Below are positions 17,645 to 27,007 of a stretch of 34,129 nucleotides of DNA, piece after piece. This DNA comes from an uncultured delta proteobacterium (GTDB lineage: Bacteria; Desulfobacterota; Binatia; UBA9968). Both the position numbers and the translations under genes were made by a program. Within the stretch, counting starts at the first letter, position 1; every line of letters begins with the position of its first letter. The stretch lies in assembly GCA_963755715.1 (NCBI GenBank), contig CAVWLW010000055.1, positions 1-34,129 on the forward strand, given 5' to 3'. A model generated the notes under the pieces. It was not told where the DNA came from. It did no database searches and saw nothing but the letters and a program-made list of their open reading frames with translations.

Positions 17645-18767
17645 ATGAGCACGAGATTTCGCGCCGATAACATCGGCAGTCTGCTGCGCCCCGCCGAGCT
17701 ATTGCAGGCGCGCGCGGATTACGGCGAGGAACGCATTGATTTGAACGAACTGCGTCAAATCGAGGATCGGGCGATTGTCGCGGCGTTGGCCATGCAGCGC
17801 GCCGCCGGCAACGAAGTCTTTACCGACGGTGAATATCGCCGCGGCATGTTCACCGCCGATATCACCCAGGCTGTCGAAGGATTTGTTCGCAGCGATCGTT
17901 CGGCGACGGCCAACTGGCGCGGCCCCCATCGCGACGTCGCCATGGCCGCGCGGCGCGGTGACCGGCAATTGGTAGTGGGGGGAAGACTTCATAAAAAAGG
18001 GCGGCTGGTGCCGGCCGAGGCGCCATTTTTAAAGCAGCACGCGCCGGGCCCCTTCAAGGTATGCGTGCCGAGCCTCTCTTATTGGTCGAGCCGATATCAG
18101 CCCGGAGTCACAGACAGCTACTATCCCAGCCGTCAGCGCCATGATCGCGGACTTGGCGGCGATCTTATGCGATGAAGTCGGGATGCTCGCCCAGGAGGGA
18201 GCCTCCTATATTCAATTGGACGCGCCCTCCTACACGGTGCACCTGATGGATCCACGCGGCCGCCAGGAGCTTGTCGACGCCGGACTCGACCCGGATGAAG
18301 TGCTCGACGATACCCTTGCCGGCGACAATCAGTTGATCGCGGAAATCCATCGGCGGCCCGATGTGATAGCCGGTATCCATCTCTGCCGCGGCAACAACCG
18401 CAGCGCTTGGGCCGCCGAGGGGAGCTACGAGCCGATCGCCGAGAAACTCTTTTGTTCGCTCCAGGCGGACAATATTTTATTGGAGTTCGATAGCGAGCGG
18501 GCCGGCGGCTTCGAGCCGCTGCGCTTTGTCCCCAAAGGAAAAAATGTCGTGCTCGGCCTGATCACTTCGAAAGAACCCCAAATGGAGTCGGAAGATCTGT
18601 TATGCCGCCGCGTCGATGAGGCTGCCAAGTATGTGCCGATGGAGAACCTGGCGATCAGTACCCAATGCGGCTTTGCATCCACCGCGCCGGGAAATTTGAT
18701 TGGCTGGGATGATCAGCGCCGCAAGCTCGAACTGGTCGCGCGGATGGCGCGCAAGATGTGGGGATAG
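17645..18767 (+). CDS. Cobalamin-independent methionine synthase II family (MetE C-terminal domain only, YxjG/H-like) zinc enzyme, +1 frameshift near 18137
   Basis: RADNIGSLLRP, TDGEYRR, YIQLDAP, Zn ligands HLCRGN..LLEFD..STQCGFAS. Spans ORFs 17645-18175 and 18141-18767. Confidence 0.88.
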
Positions 18768-18797
18768 GATGGTAAATTCTGAACGGAGGAAAATCGC

Positions 18798-19925
18798 GTG
18801 AACGATTTCAGCCAGCTCATGAGCGCATTGAAGCGAACTCCCTACCATCAATGGATGGCGCAGGAGGGACTGCCGGTCGTCGTCGGCCACGGCGTGGAAG
18901 ACGTCCGAGAACTGCCGCTGAGTCCCTGGCGGCGCACGGGAGGCAAAGGCTCCTTTATTCATCTTTATGGCATGGAAGGTTCGTCCGGGATGTATGTCGG
19001 CGAAATTCCGCCGGGCGGCGCGCTTCATCCGGAAAGGCACATGTACGAAGAGGTGATCGTCATCCTGGAGGGCAACGGCGCCACCGAGGTTTGGCAGGAG
19101 GGCGGCAAGAAGCACATTTTCGAGTGGAGTCGCTGGAGTCTGTTCGCTCCGCCGCTCAACAGTTGGCATCGGCTCGTCAACGGCGGCCGCGAGCCGGTGA
19201 AGTTTTTCGCGGTCACCACGGCGCCGATCGTCATGGACCTGTATCGCAATGATGAATTCATTTTTAACAGCCCGTTTGTTTTCCACGAACGCTTCGCCGG
19301 CGAAGAGGGCTACTTCAGCGGCCCCGGCAAGCGTTATGAAATTCGCAATGTCGCCACCTGGGACACCAATTTCATCGCCGACGTTTCGTCCGCCGCGATC
19401 GACACGTGCGAAGAAAAAGGCGTGGGCGCTTTGATCACCTGCTTCGAGATCGCCGGCAACTCGCTGGTCGGACATCTCTCGCAATGGCCCGCGGGGCTTT
19501 ACCACAAAGCCCACTATCATGGGCCCGGTTCGGTGCTATTCGGGCTGCAGTCCAACGGTTATGTTTTGCTGTGGTCCAAGGATCTGGGAACGCGGCCCTA
19601 TGAGAGCGGCAACGGCGGCGAGGTGGTCGAAATGAGCTGGAAAGACGGCAGCCTTTATTGCCCGCCGGGAGGTTGGTTCCACCAGCATTTCAATGTCGGC
19701 AGCGCGCCGGCGCGGCAATTGGCGATCCGCTTCGGCGGCCGAGTGCATCCCACGGGCTTCGCCACTGCCGCTAAACGTCATGACGAAGGCGTGCTGATGT
19801 CGATAAAAAACGGTGGCACTCTGCTCGAGTATGAAGACGAAGATCCGGAGATTCGGCGCCGCTTCGAAGCGCGCTTGAAGAGCACTGGCGTGCGCTGTGA
19901 GATGCCGCAATTTGCCAGGCTCTAA
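18798..19925 (+). CDS. Bicupin protein, gentisate 1,2-dioxygenase-like (paralog 3)
   Basis: GGAGG RBS and GTG start. EIPPGGALHPERHMYEE, PPLNSWH, YHKAHYHGPG, PPGGWFHQHFN, EYEDEDPEIR. Confidence 0.85.
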   Translation: MNDFSQLMSALKRTPYHQWMAQEGLPVVVGHGVEDVRELPLSPWRRTGGKGSFIHLYGMEGSSGMYVGEIPPGGALHPERHMYEEVIVILEGNGATEVWQEGGKKHIFEWSRWSLFAPPLNSWHRLVNGGREPVKFFAVTTAPIVMDLYRNDEFIFNSPFVFHERFAGEEGYFSGPGKRYEIRNVATWDTNFIADVSSAAIDTCEEKGVGALITCFEIAGNSLVGHLSQWPAGLYHKAHYHGPGSVLFGLQSNGYVLLWSKDLGTRPYESGNGGEVVEMSWKDGSLYCPPGGWFHQHFNVGSAPARQLAIRFGGRVHPTGFATAAKRHDEGVLMSIKNGGTLLEYEDEDPEIRRRFEARLKSTGVRCEMPQFARL

Positions 19926-19950
19926 GCCGGGGCTCGAGCGACTGGATGCA

Positions 19951-20940
19951 ATGATGAATGACTTGAAGTTCATGATCAAAGGCGGCAAGGGCGTGGCGAT
20001 GGGTTGCTTGGTTTTCTGCCTTTGGTCGCTTCCGCTATCGGCTCAAACGACCATTCGAATGGGCGCGGGAGGAGCGCAGACAGCGACCATCCCGTTTACC
20101 ATCGGCGCGCAGCAGGGCATCTTCGCCAAGCACGGGATCAATCTCGAGATCATCACGATCGCCAACGAACAAACCGCGAGCCGGGCGCTGGTGTCAGGCA
20201 GCGTCGAGTTCGTCACTTCGATCACCGTCGGATTTTTTTACCTGGCAAGACAGGGCGGCGATGCCCTCGGGATTGCTTCGTGGAATAATTCCTCGCCCTA
20301 CAGCCTCGCCAGCCGGCTCAAGATCAAAGACCTGGGTGGCCTTAGAGGGAAAAGAATCGCCACCAGCGGCGCCGGCGGCCGCTCGGATGCTTTCATCCGA
20401 TTCATGCTCAGCAAGATCGGACTGGACCCGCGCAGCGACGCGCAAATTTTGCCGCTGTCGGGAGGGTCCGGGATTCGGCTCGCCGCTTTGCTGTCCGGCA
20501 ATATCGACGCGACCTTGATCTCTTACACACAGGAAAAACAGGCTGAAAAATTGGGACTGACGGTCATCCCGATACCGATGCAGTATATCCAAGGCCAGAT
20601 CTCCACGCGGCGATCTTATCTGGAGAAAAATCCGAAAATGGTCAAAGCATTTTTACTGAGTTTGAGCGAAACGATGCGCGCCGTCAGAGCGGACCGCGGC
20701 GGCGCGCTGAGTGTCATCGGCCGAGTGCTGAAGACCGATGATAAGGCAATCCTGGAACACGCTTATGACGCGCTGCGCTCACAATTGGTCGGCGATCTTC
20801 TGCCGACCGAGGAGTCGATCGTGAACGTTTTGAAAATCATGAGCTACGAAGACGCCGCTTTCGCCTCGATCGCGCCTTTCAAGCATTTCGATCTATCGTT
20901 GGCTCAGGAAATCGCCGCGGAGCAGGCTCGAGCTCGGTAG
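19951..20940 (+). CDS. SsuA/TauA/THI5-like substrate-binding protein (start uncertain: 19951, 19972 or 19999)
   Basis: Signal peptide ending PLSA-QT, GIFAKHGINLE, LRGKRIA, GLDPRSD, RLAALLSGNIDA. Confidence 0.85.
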   Translation: MMNDLKFMIKGGKGVAMGCLVFCLWSLPLSAQTTIRMGAGGAQTATIPFTIGAQQGIFAKHGINLEIITIANEQTASRALVSGSVEFVTSITVGFFYLARQGGDALGIASWNNSSPYSLASRLKIKDLGGLRGKRIATSGAGGRSDAFIRFMLSKIGLDPRSDAQILPLSGGSGIRLAALLSGNIDATLISYTQEKQAEKLGLTVIPIPMQYIQGQISTRRSYLEKNPKMVKAFLLSLSETMRAVRADRGGALSVIGRVLKTDDKAILEHAYDALRSQLVGDLLPTEESIVNVLKIMSYEDAAFASIAPFKHFDLSLAQEIAAEQARAR

Positions 20941-20950
20941 GGATTTGCTC

Positions 20951-21943
20951 ATGTCAATCCGGATCTCGAGTTTTACGATCGCGCGGTCTGTGCTCTTGTG
21001 CGCGCTTACTTTTGTCTTCTCTTCCGTCTCCCACGCGCAACCGCGAGGCGGCACAGAAAAGATCCGCATCACCTATGCCGCCAACAACCTCGGATTTCTC
21101 CAAATGTTCCTGGCCAAGGATCGCGGCTTCTACGCCGCTCAGGGTCTCGAGACTGAATTGATCCGGGTGAGCCCGGTGGCCGCGGTCTCGGCGCTGATTG
21201 GCGGCGACGCCGATTATACCGAGCTGCTGACTTCGAGTGTGCGAGCGGCGGCGAAGGGAGCGCCCATCCGGGTCGTGTCGATGGCCGTCGGCGCGCCTTT
21301 TTTTAGTCTCATCGGGCGCGCTCCGTTCAAAACCGTCAAGGATCTAAAAGGCGCGACCGTCGGCGTCAATGCGATCGGCGGCTCGAATTATATCAGCACG
21401 CGCATGCTGCTCTTGCACTACGGCGTCGATCCGGAGCGCGACATCAAGATGCTGCCGCTGGGCGACCACAAGACCTTGTACGAGGCATTGAAACTCGGGC
21501 GTGTCGATGCCGTGACGGTCAATCCGCCGTTTTCGGTGCTTTTGATCAGAGAGGGTTTTCCGCTGTTGGCGCACAGCGCCAAGATCGTATCGTTTCCGAT
21601 CGGCGGCGTGGCGACGACGCTCAAGAAGATCAACCAGAACCGCGATCAAGTGAAGCGCGTCGTGAAGGCTGAGATGGAAGCGCTCAGGTACTTGCGCCAG
21701 CAGCCTCAGGGCACCATCGATTTGATCAGCAAGCGATTCGCCATCGAGCCGGCGGTGGCGGCAGACTCGTATCAGATCGCGGTCGACGCGTTCAACGACG
21801 GGCGAATTTTATTTCCGGCGATGGAGCGCTTGCTCGACGCTGATAAAAGGGACGGCAACATCGCCAAGTCGGTGACGGTGGATCAGGTGGCCGATCCTTC
21901 TTTGGCGGAAGAAATCTTCAAGGAATTGTATTCGGGCCGATAG
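20951..21943 (+). CDS. SsuA/TauA/THI5-like substrate-binding protein
   Basis: Signal peptide ending SHA-Q, AKDRGFYAAQGLE, DLKGATVGV, GVDPERDI, ALKLGRVDA. Confidence 0.87.
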   Translation: MSIRISSFTIARSVLLCALTFVFSSVSHAQPRGGTEKIRITYAANNLGFLQMFLAKDRGFYAAQGLETELIRVSPVAAVSALIGGDADYTELLTSSVRAAAKGAPIRVVSMAVGAPFFSLIGRAPFKTVKDLKGATVGVNAIGGSNYISTRMLLLHYGVDPERDIKMLPLGDHKTLYEALKLGRVDAVTVNPPFSVLLIREGFPLLAHSAKIVSFPIGGVATTLKKINQNRDQVKRVVKAEMEALRYLRQQPQGTIDLISKRFAIEPAVAADSYQIAVDAFNDGRILFPAMERLLDADKRDGNIAKSVTVDQVADPSLAEEIFKELYSGR

Positions 21944-21956
21944 CTGCGAGGTAACC

Positions 21957-23483
21957 GTGAAATTGCATCGCCGGCAAACTGCCAAGAGAAGTAAGGAGCC
22001 CGTCAGAATCGCAAACCGTACCCAGGCCGTCGGCTCGGCTGCTCGATCCGGCGCCGCGACTGACCTGCGCGCTGCGCTCGAGATCGCCGATTCGCTGGGA
22101 GAACTGTTGCGCATTCGGCGTGAAGTCGATCCGTTGATCGAGCTTCCCGGCGTGCTGCGCGCGGCGGCGGCGCTCAGGCCGATTCCTGCGGTGCTGTTCG
22201 AAAACCTGCGCGGCTATCCGAGCCGGCGCGCGGTGGGCAATCTTTTTGCCGAGCACCGACGCTTCGCGCTCATGTGCGGCTTAGCCGACCAAGAGGAGAT
22301 GACCAAAACCAGTTTTCTCGCCGCTCTCGATCACCCGATTGCGCCGGTGCTCGTGCGCTCCGCCGCCTGCCAGGAAAATATCGTGATGGGCCCGGTCGCC
22401 GTCGAGCAATATATTCCGCCCACCCACGGCGCCCTCAAGGTTGAGCGCAAGTATTATCAGATGCTGGTTTTCCTGAAACATCCCAAGACCGGGGCGATGA
22501 ATCTGGCGCTCAATCGAAGCTGCATCCAGGCCGATGGCCGGATCAGCATCAACATTCAGTGGGAGCAGCATGGCGGCATCTTTCTGAAAGAAGCCATGGA
22601 GCTGGGAAAGCCTCTGCCCGTGGCGCTTTGCATCGGCGTCTCTCCTGCGGTCTATCTGGCAGCGGTGAGCAAGCTGCCTTACGGTACTTCTGAAATCGAA
22701 TTTGCCGGCGGCATTCTCGGCCGTCCGGTCGAGATGGTGCAATGCAAAACCGTCGGCTTGGAAGTGCCGGCGGCGGCGGAGTTCGTCGTCGAAGGCGAAA
22801 TTCGGCCGCCCTACGCGCGCGGCGCCGATGGTCCCTGGCCCGAATACTTGGGCTACCTCGGCATGGAGATCCATCCGCCGATCGTCGACGTCACTTGCCT
22901 GACCCATAGAAACGATCCGCTGGAGAATATGATCATTCCCGGTTTGTCGCCGCACATGCTCGGCATGGGCAGCCAAGCGCAATTCTTCCGCTTCCTGCGG
23001 TCGATTTTCGGCGAATTCATCGTCGACACTCATCTCCTGCCCAGGACCAACGGTCACGTTGCGATCGTGAAGGTCCGCAAAAGCGAGCTGCATCACGAGG
23101 GTTTGCAGATCAACGCGGCGCTATCCGCGTTCGCCTGCCTTTTTTATCTGGACAAGGTCATCATGGTGGACGAGGACATAAATATCTACGATCTTTTGGA
23201 AGTTGAGTGGGCCTGCGCGACGCGCTGCGATCCCGCGGAGCAGCTCCATATTCTGCCGAAGGCGAAAACCAACCGGGTTAATCCCATCGCCGGAATTCAT
23301 GAGCCCGAAGGCGAGCCGATCACGAAAGCGAAGCTGATTGTCGATGCCACCATCCCGTGGAAAATGCGCGCCGTTAAAAAGGCCGAAGGAATTAATTTCT
23401 TCACCCGCAGTGAATGGCCGAGACTCGATCTGGCTGACTATTTGGAAGCTGAAGACCGCGCGCTCTTTCTCAAACGGAATTGA
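21957..23483 (+). CDS. UbiD-family protein (paralog 4, divergent active-site motifs)
   Basis: DLRAALE..GELLRI, PAVLFEN, VPAAAEFVVEGEI, DGPWPEYLGY, VDEDINIYD, WACATR, KLIVDAT. Basic N-terminal extension. Confidence 0.9.
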   Translation: MKLHRRQTAKRSKEPVRIANRTQAVGSAARSGAATDLRAALEIADSLGELLRIRREVDPLIELPGVLRAAAALRPIPAVLFENLRGYPSRRAVGNLFAEHRRFALMCGLADQEEMTKTSFLAALDHPIAPVLVRSAACQENIVMGPVAVEQYIPPTHGALKVERKYYQMLVFLKHPKTGAMNLALNRSCIQADGRISINIQWEQHGGIFLKEAMELGKPLPVALCIGVSPAVYLAAVSKLPYGTSEIEFAGGILGRPVEMVQCKTVGLEVPAAAEFVVEGEIRPPYARGADGPWPEYLGYLGMEIHPPIVDVTCLTHRNDPLENMIIPGLSPHMLGMGSQAQFFRFLRSIFGEFIVDTHLLPRTNGHVAIVKVRKSELHHEGLQINAALSAFACLFYLDKVIMVDEDINIYDLLEVEWACATRCDPAEQLHILPKAKTNRVNPIAGIHEPEGEPITKAKLIVDATIPWKMRAVKKAEGINFFTRSEWPRLDLADYLEAEDRALFLKRN

Positions 23484-23513
23484 GCGCCGGCTAAGTCGGA
23501 GGAGAATGGAAAC

Positions 23514-24788
23514 ATGAGCATGACCAGGGAAGAAAACGAGCTGATCACCAGAACCGGTCCGGGCACGCCCCTGGGCGAAGTGATGCGGCGCTACTGGATT
23601 CCCGCGGCGCTGTCATCTGAGTTGGCGGAGGCCGACTGTCCGCCGGTTCGAGTCAAACTGCTCGGTGAAAGTCTGGTGGCGTTCCGCGACAGCCAGGGGC
23701 TGATCGGGATGGTCGATGAGTTCTGCGCCCACCGCCGGGCATCGTTATTTTTGGGCCGCAACGAGGAATCCGGTTTGCGCTGCGTCTATCACGGCTGGAA
23801 GTATGATGTCGACGGTAACTGCGTCGACATGCCGAACGAGCCGCCGGCCACCGACTTCAAAGACAAGATCCATTTAAAGTCCTATCCCACGGTGGAATTG
23901 GGCGGCGTGATCTGGACCTACATGGGGCCGAAAGAGCAGCGCCCCGCGTTGCCAAAATTTGAATGGACGGAAGTGCCGGCCGCACAGCGGCTCGTGTCAA
24001 AGACCTGGCAGGAGTGCAACTGGCTACAGGCGCTCGAAGGCGGCTTCGACGACGCGCACGCTTCGTTTCTCCACTCGGTGGTCGACCCCAAGACTCCCCG
24101 GGCGGGAACGCGGCGGTTCTGGATCGAGTCAAGAACCTCGAAGGTAGAGGTAAAATTGGCCGACTACGGCTATCTGTGCGGCGCGACGCACCGGTTGAAC
24201 GACAACCAAAACATGATTTGGACGGCGCATTTTGTCATGCCGTTCCATCAGCTGCGCGCCTCTTTCGTCGCCGGGCAGATCCAGGATGCCATGACCGAAG
24301 GACATATGTGGGTGCCGATGGATGACGAGAACTGTATGGTCTACAACTGGATGTACGGTTTTGCCGACGAGGCGATCAGCGCCGACAAAATGGCTGCCAT
24401 CGAGCAGGCGCGCGGCCGAGGCGAGCAAGAGCAAACGGCCGATTTTCGCAAGATCCGTAACAAAGACAACGACTGGCTAATCGACCGGCGCGTCCAGAAG
24501 CTCGAGACCTACACAGGTATCGAGGGCATTAACACTCAAGACCATGCGATCACCGAAAGCATGGAACCGATTGTCGATCGCACCCAGGAGCATCTTGGCT
24601 CGACCGATCGAGCGGTGGTCATCGGCCGCCATTTGTTAGTTCAGGCCGCGCATGCTCTCCGCCAAGGCAAAGAGCTGATCGGGCTGCAACCGAGCTACTA
24701 TAAAATTCGCGCCATCGGAAAAGTCATTCCCGCCGACGCCCATTGGTTGGATGTCATGAAGAACGAACTTTACCCCGGCGCAAGCTGA
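23514..24788 (+). CDS. Rieske non-heme iron oxygenase alpha subunit (phthalate 4,5-dioxygenase/LigXa-like)
   Basis: ENELITRTGPGTP.GEVMRRYW, Rieske CAHR..CVYHGW, Fe site EGGFDDAHASFLH and QD, EHLGSTD. GGAGGAG RBS. Confidence 0.94.
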   Translation: MSMTREENELITRTGPGTPLGEVMRRYWIPAALSSELAEADCPPVRVKLLGESLVAFRDSQGLIGMVDEFCAHRRASLFLGRNEESGLRCVYHGWKYDVDGNCVDMPNEPPATDFKDKIHLKSYPTVELGGVIWTYMGPKEQRPALPKFEWTEVPAAQRLVSKTWQECNWLQALEGGFDDAHASFLHSVVDPKTPRAGTRRFWIESRTSKVEVKLADYGYLCGATHRLNDNQNMIWTAHFVMPFHQLRASFVAGQIQDAMTEGHMWVPMDDENCMVYNWMYGFADEAISADKMAAIEQARGRGEQEQTADFRKIRNKDNDWLIDRRVQKLETYTGIEGINTQDHAITESMEPIVDRTQEHLGSTDRAVVIGRHLLVQAAHALRQGKELIGLQPSYYKIRAIGKVIPADAHWLDVMKNELYPGAS

Positions 24789-24859
24789 CGCAGTTGACGT
24801 TAAGTTTAAGGTCGAATAGGGCGCAGCTTTGAACATTGAGTCTTGAAGCAATATTTGCA

Positions 24860-25372
24860 ATGGAGACTTTGGGAATATTAATTTTGCGTCTGACACTGGG
24901 GCTCATTTTCGTCGCCCATGGTCTGCGCCAGTATCTCGGTTGGTTTGGCGGCGGCAGCATGGAAGACGTGATGCGACGGCTGGGCCTGCAACCGGCGAAG
25001 CTGTGGGCTTCGTTGTGCGGATTGGGCAATCTAGCCGGCGGATTGATGATCGCTCTCGGCGCGTTGACGTTTTTGGGTTGCGCTTTGATCATCACCACGA
25101 TGGTCGTGGCCACAATGACGCTCAAGGCGCACTCGGGATTTTGGGAAAGGTTCGGCGGCTATGAATACAATCTGTGCGTCATCGGCACGGCCGTAGCGAT
25201 CGCGTTGATGGGACCGGGGCCGATCTCGCTGGACGCCGCTCTGGCGCCGGGTCTCATCGATGCAAAACTTTTTTTGATCGCGCTCGTCGTCTCGCTCGCG
25301 GTGGCGGGACTGGGGTTGTACAGGGCGAATCCGCCGCTGCATAATGGCGACCATCATAACCGGAGAAGGTAA
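24860..25372 (+). CDS. DoxX-family membrane protein
   Basis: LILRLTLGLIFVAHG..GWFGGG, GGYEYNL, GPGPISLD. Confidence 0.88.
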   Translation: METLGILILRLTLGLIFVAHGLRQYLGWFGGGSMEDVMRRLGLQPAKLWASLCGLGNLAGGLMIALGALTFLGCALIITTMVVATMTLKAHSGFWERFGGYEYNLCVIGTAVAIALMGPGPISLDAALAPGLIDAKLFLIALVVSLAVAGLGLYRANPPLHNGDHHNRRR

Positions 25373-25381
25373 AACTTATTA

Positions 25382-26132
25382 TTGGCTTCGCTCACGGATA
25401 GAGTTGCGATCGTTACCGGCGGCGGCGACGGTATCGGTCGGGCGACTGCACTGCTCTTGTCGCAGGAAGGCGCGAAGGTCGTGGTCGCCGATATTGCAAC
25501 CGACGCGGCGCGGCGGGTTGCCGAGGAAATCACGCGGCAGAAACGCGACGCTCTGCCGCTTACGACGGACGTGACAAAAAAGCAGTCGGTCGACGAAGAT
25601 GGTCCAGGAAAGCCTGCGGCAGTGGGGGCGCATCGACATCTTAGTCAACATCGTCGGCGGCTCGTTTCCCATGCCGGTGATGGAAATGGAAGAGGTGGAA
25701 TGGGAACGGGTCGTCAACCTCAATCTCAAATCGGTTTATCTGTGTTGTCGCGGCGTCTTACCGGCGATGGCCGGGAGGCGCTATGGCAAGATCGTCAATC
25801 TGGCGTCGGCCCAGGCCTTCACCGGCTCCGAAACGCGGGCCAATTATACCGCCGCCAAGCTGGGCGTGGTCGGCTTTTCCAAATCACTGGCGCTCGAGGT
25901 CGTTCGCCTGGGCATCACCGTGAACGTCGTCTCCCCGGGTCTGGTGGCCACCGAGCGAGTGCGCTCACGATTCTCGGACGCGGAATGGCAAGAAGCGAAT
26001 GCCTCTCGACCGATGGGCAGAGCGGTTTTGCCTGAAGAGATCGCCAGCGCGATTCTTTTCCTCGTCCAGGACGGCCAGGACTCCGTGACCGGCCAAACCA
26101 TTCATGTGAACGGTGGTGCTGTAATGATTTAG
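25382..26132 (+). CDS. Short-chain dehydrogenase/reductase (FabG-like), +1 frameshift near 25597
   Basis: VTGGGDGIG, GRIDILVN, NLAS, YTAAK, TGQTIHVNGG. Split over ORFs starting at 25382 and 25599. Confidence 0.9.
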
Positions 26133-26300
26133 CAACGCTATGGAGATTTTATGGCCGTATCAAGATCTGTCAGCGAGTTGGGGTTTAAAAGCACGTACCG
26201 ATGGCGTCGAACTGTACTTCAATCAGTCCGGCATCGAGCGGGAATTTCACAGCTTGGGCATGGTGGAACAATGGGACACTGAGGAATTTGCGGCTTTCAG

Positions 26301-26860
26301 CCAAAGCCAGGCCACGGTGTTGCTCTCGCCTGCCGGGTACATCGGCCAAGGGGGAATCGGGCGCGGAGTTGTGCTTTTGGAGCTGGAAGGCAACGTGCGG
26401 CTCAGTGGTCGGCATTCTGGATGCCGGACACGGGAGTTCATGTCATCCATAAACGGATTTGTCGCGGAGATCCTCGGCATCGAGCCCGAGCGAGTTTTCG
26501 TGCAAGTCTCGGAAACCGACCCGGGCGCCTTATCACGATGGCATCAAAGGACAGGGCGCTACCCATGTTACGGGACAGGCCGTGTAGTCGGGCGACGCTG
26601 GCTTTAATCGAGACTTTGAGAGCACGAGCGGCGGTTAACTGGGGCATCGATCCGGCTCGCGTCGAGTGGAAGGAGCGGGCAGGTCTGGCTTGAGAGTGGA
26701 AATTTAACCATGGATCTAAGCCGCCTCGCAGCACTCGGCGCCGGGGAGCCTGGCCGGGGTATACGCTTACTACGACGGCCGTAAGCGACCGCGCGAACAT
26801 ATCTTTCAAGCCATTGTGTGCGACGTCGAGGTTGATGCCGAGACCGGTCTGGTCGACGAG
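26301..26860 (+). pseudogene. Fragment of a xanthine dehydrogenase/CoxL-family Mo-binding subunit (C-terminal half), many frameshifts
   Basis: Read across frames: GHGVALACR-YIGQG-ESGAE..ILDAG-TGVHVIHKRI-VAEILGIEPERV..ETD-.APYHDG..ATHVTGQAV-..LRARAAVNWGID...CDVEVDAETGLV. Confidence 0.8.
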
Positions 26861-26862
26861 TT

Positions 26863-26912
26863 TGCCAATCTCTTGTGAAAAAGTTTACGCCGGGTTGCAG
26901 CAAAAACGGTAG
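26863..26912 (+). repeat. 50-bp dispersed repeat, copy 2
   Basis: Matches 17559-17608. GTCGACGAG occurs on both sides, at 26852-26860 and 26912-26920. Confidence 0.9.
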
Positions 26913-27007
26913 TCGACGAGGTATTTATTACCGCGGTATGATCGCGGGCGATGTTACCCACGCCTTGCGAACAACTTAACCGATAGTATTGATTGGAAAG
27001 AATCGAT

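Noticed and set aside
26140-26607. 155-aa ORF with a tautomerase-like 'VAEILGIEPERVFV' segment
   Set aside because: The segment is explained by the frameshifted XDH/CoxL fragment, whose flanking motifs lie in other frames.
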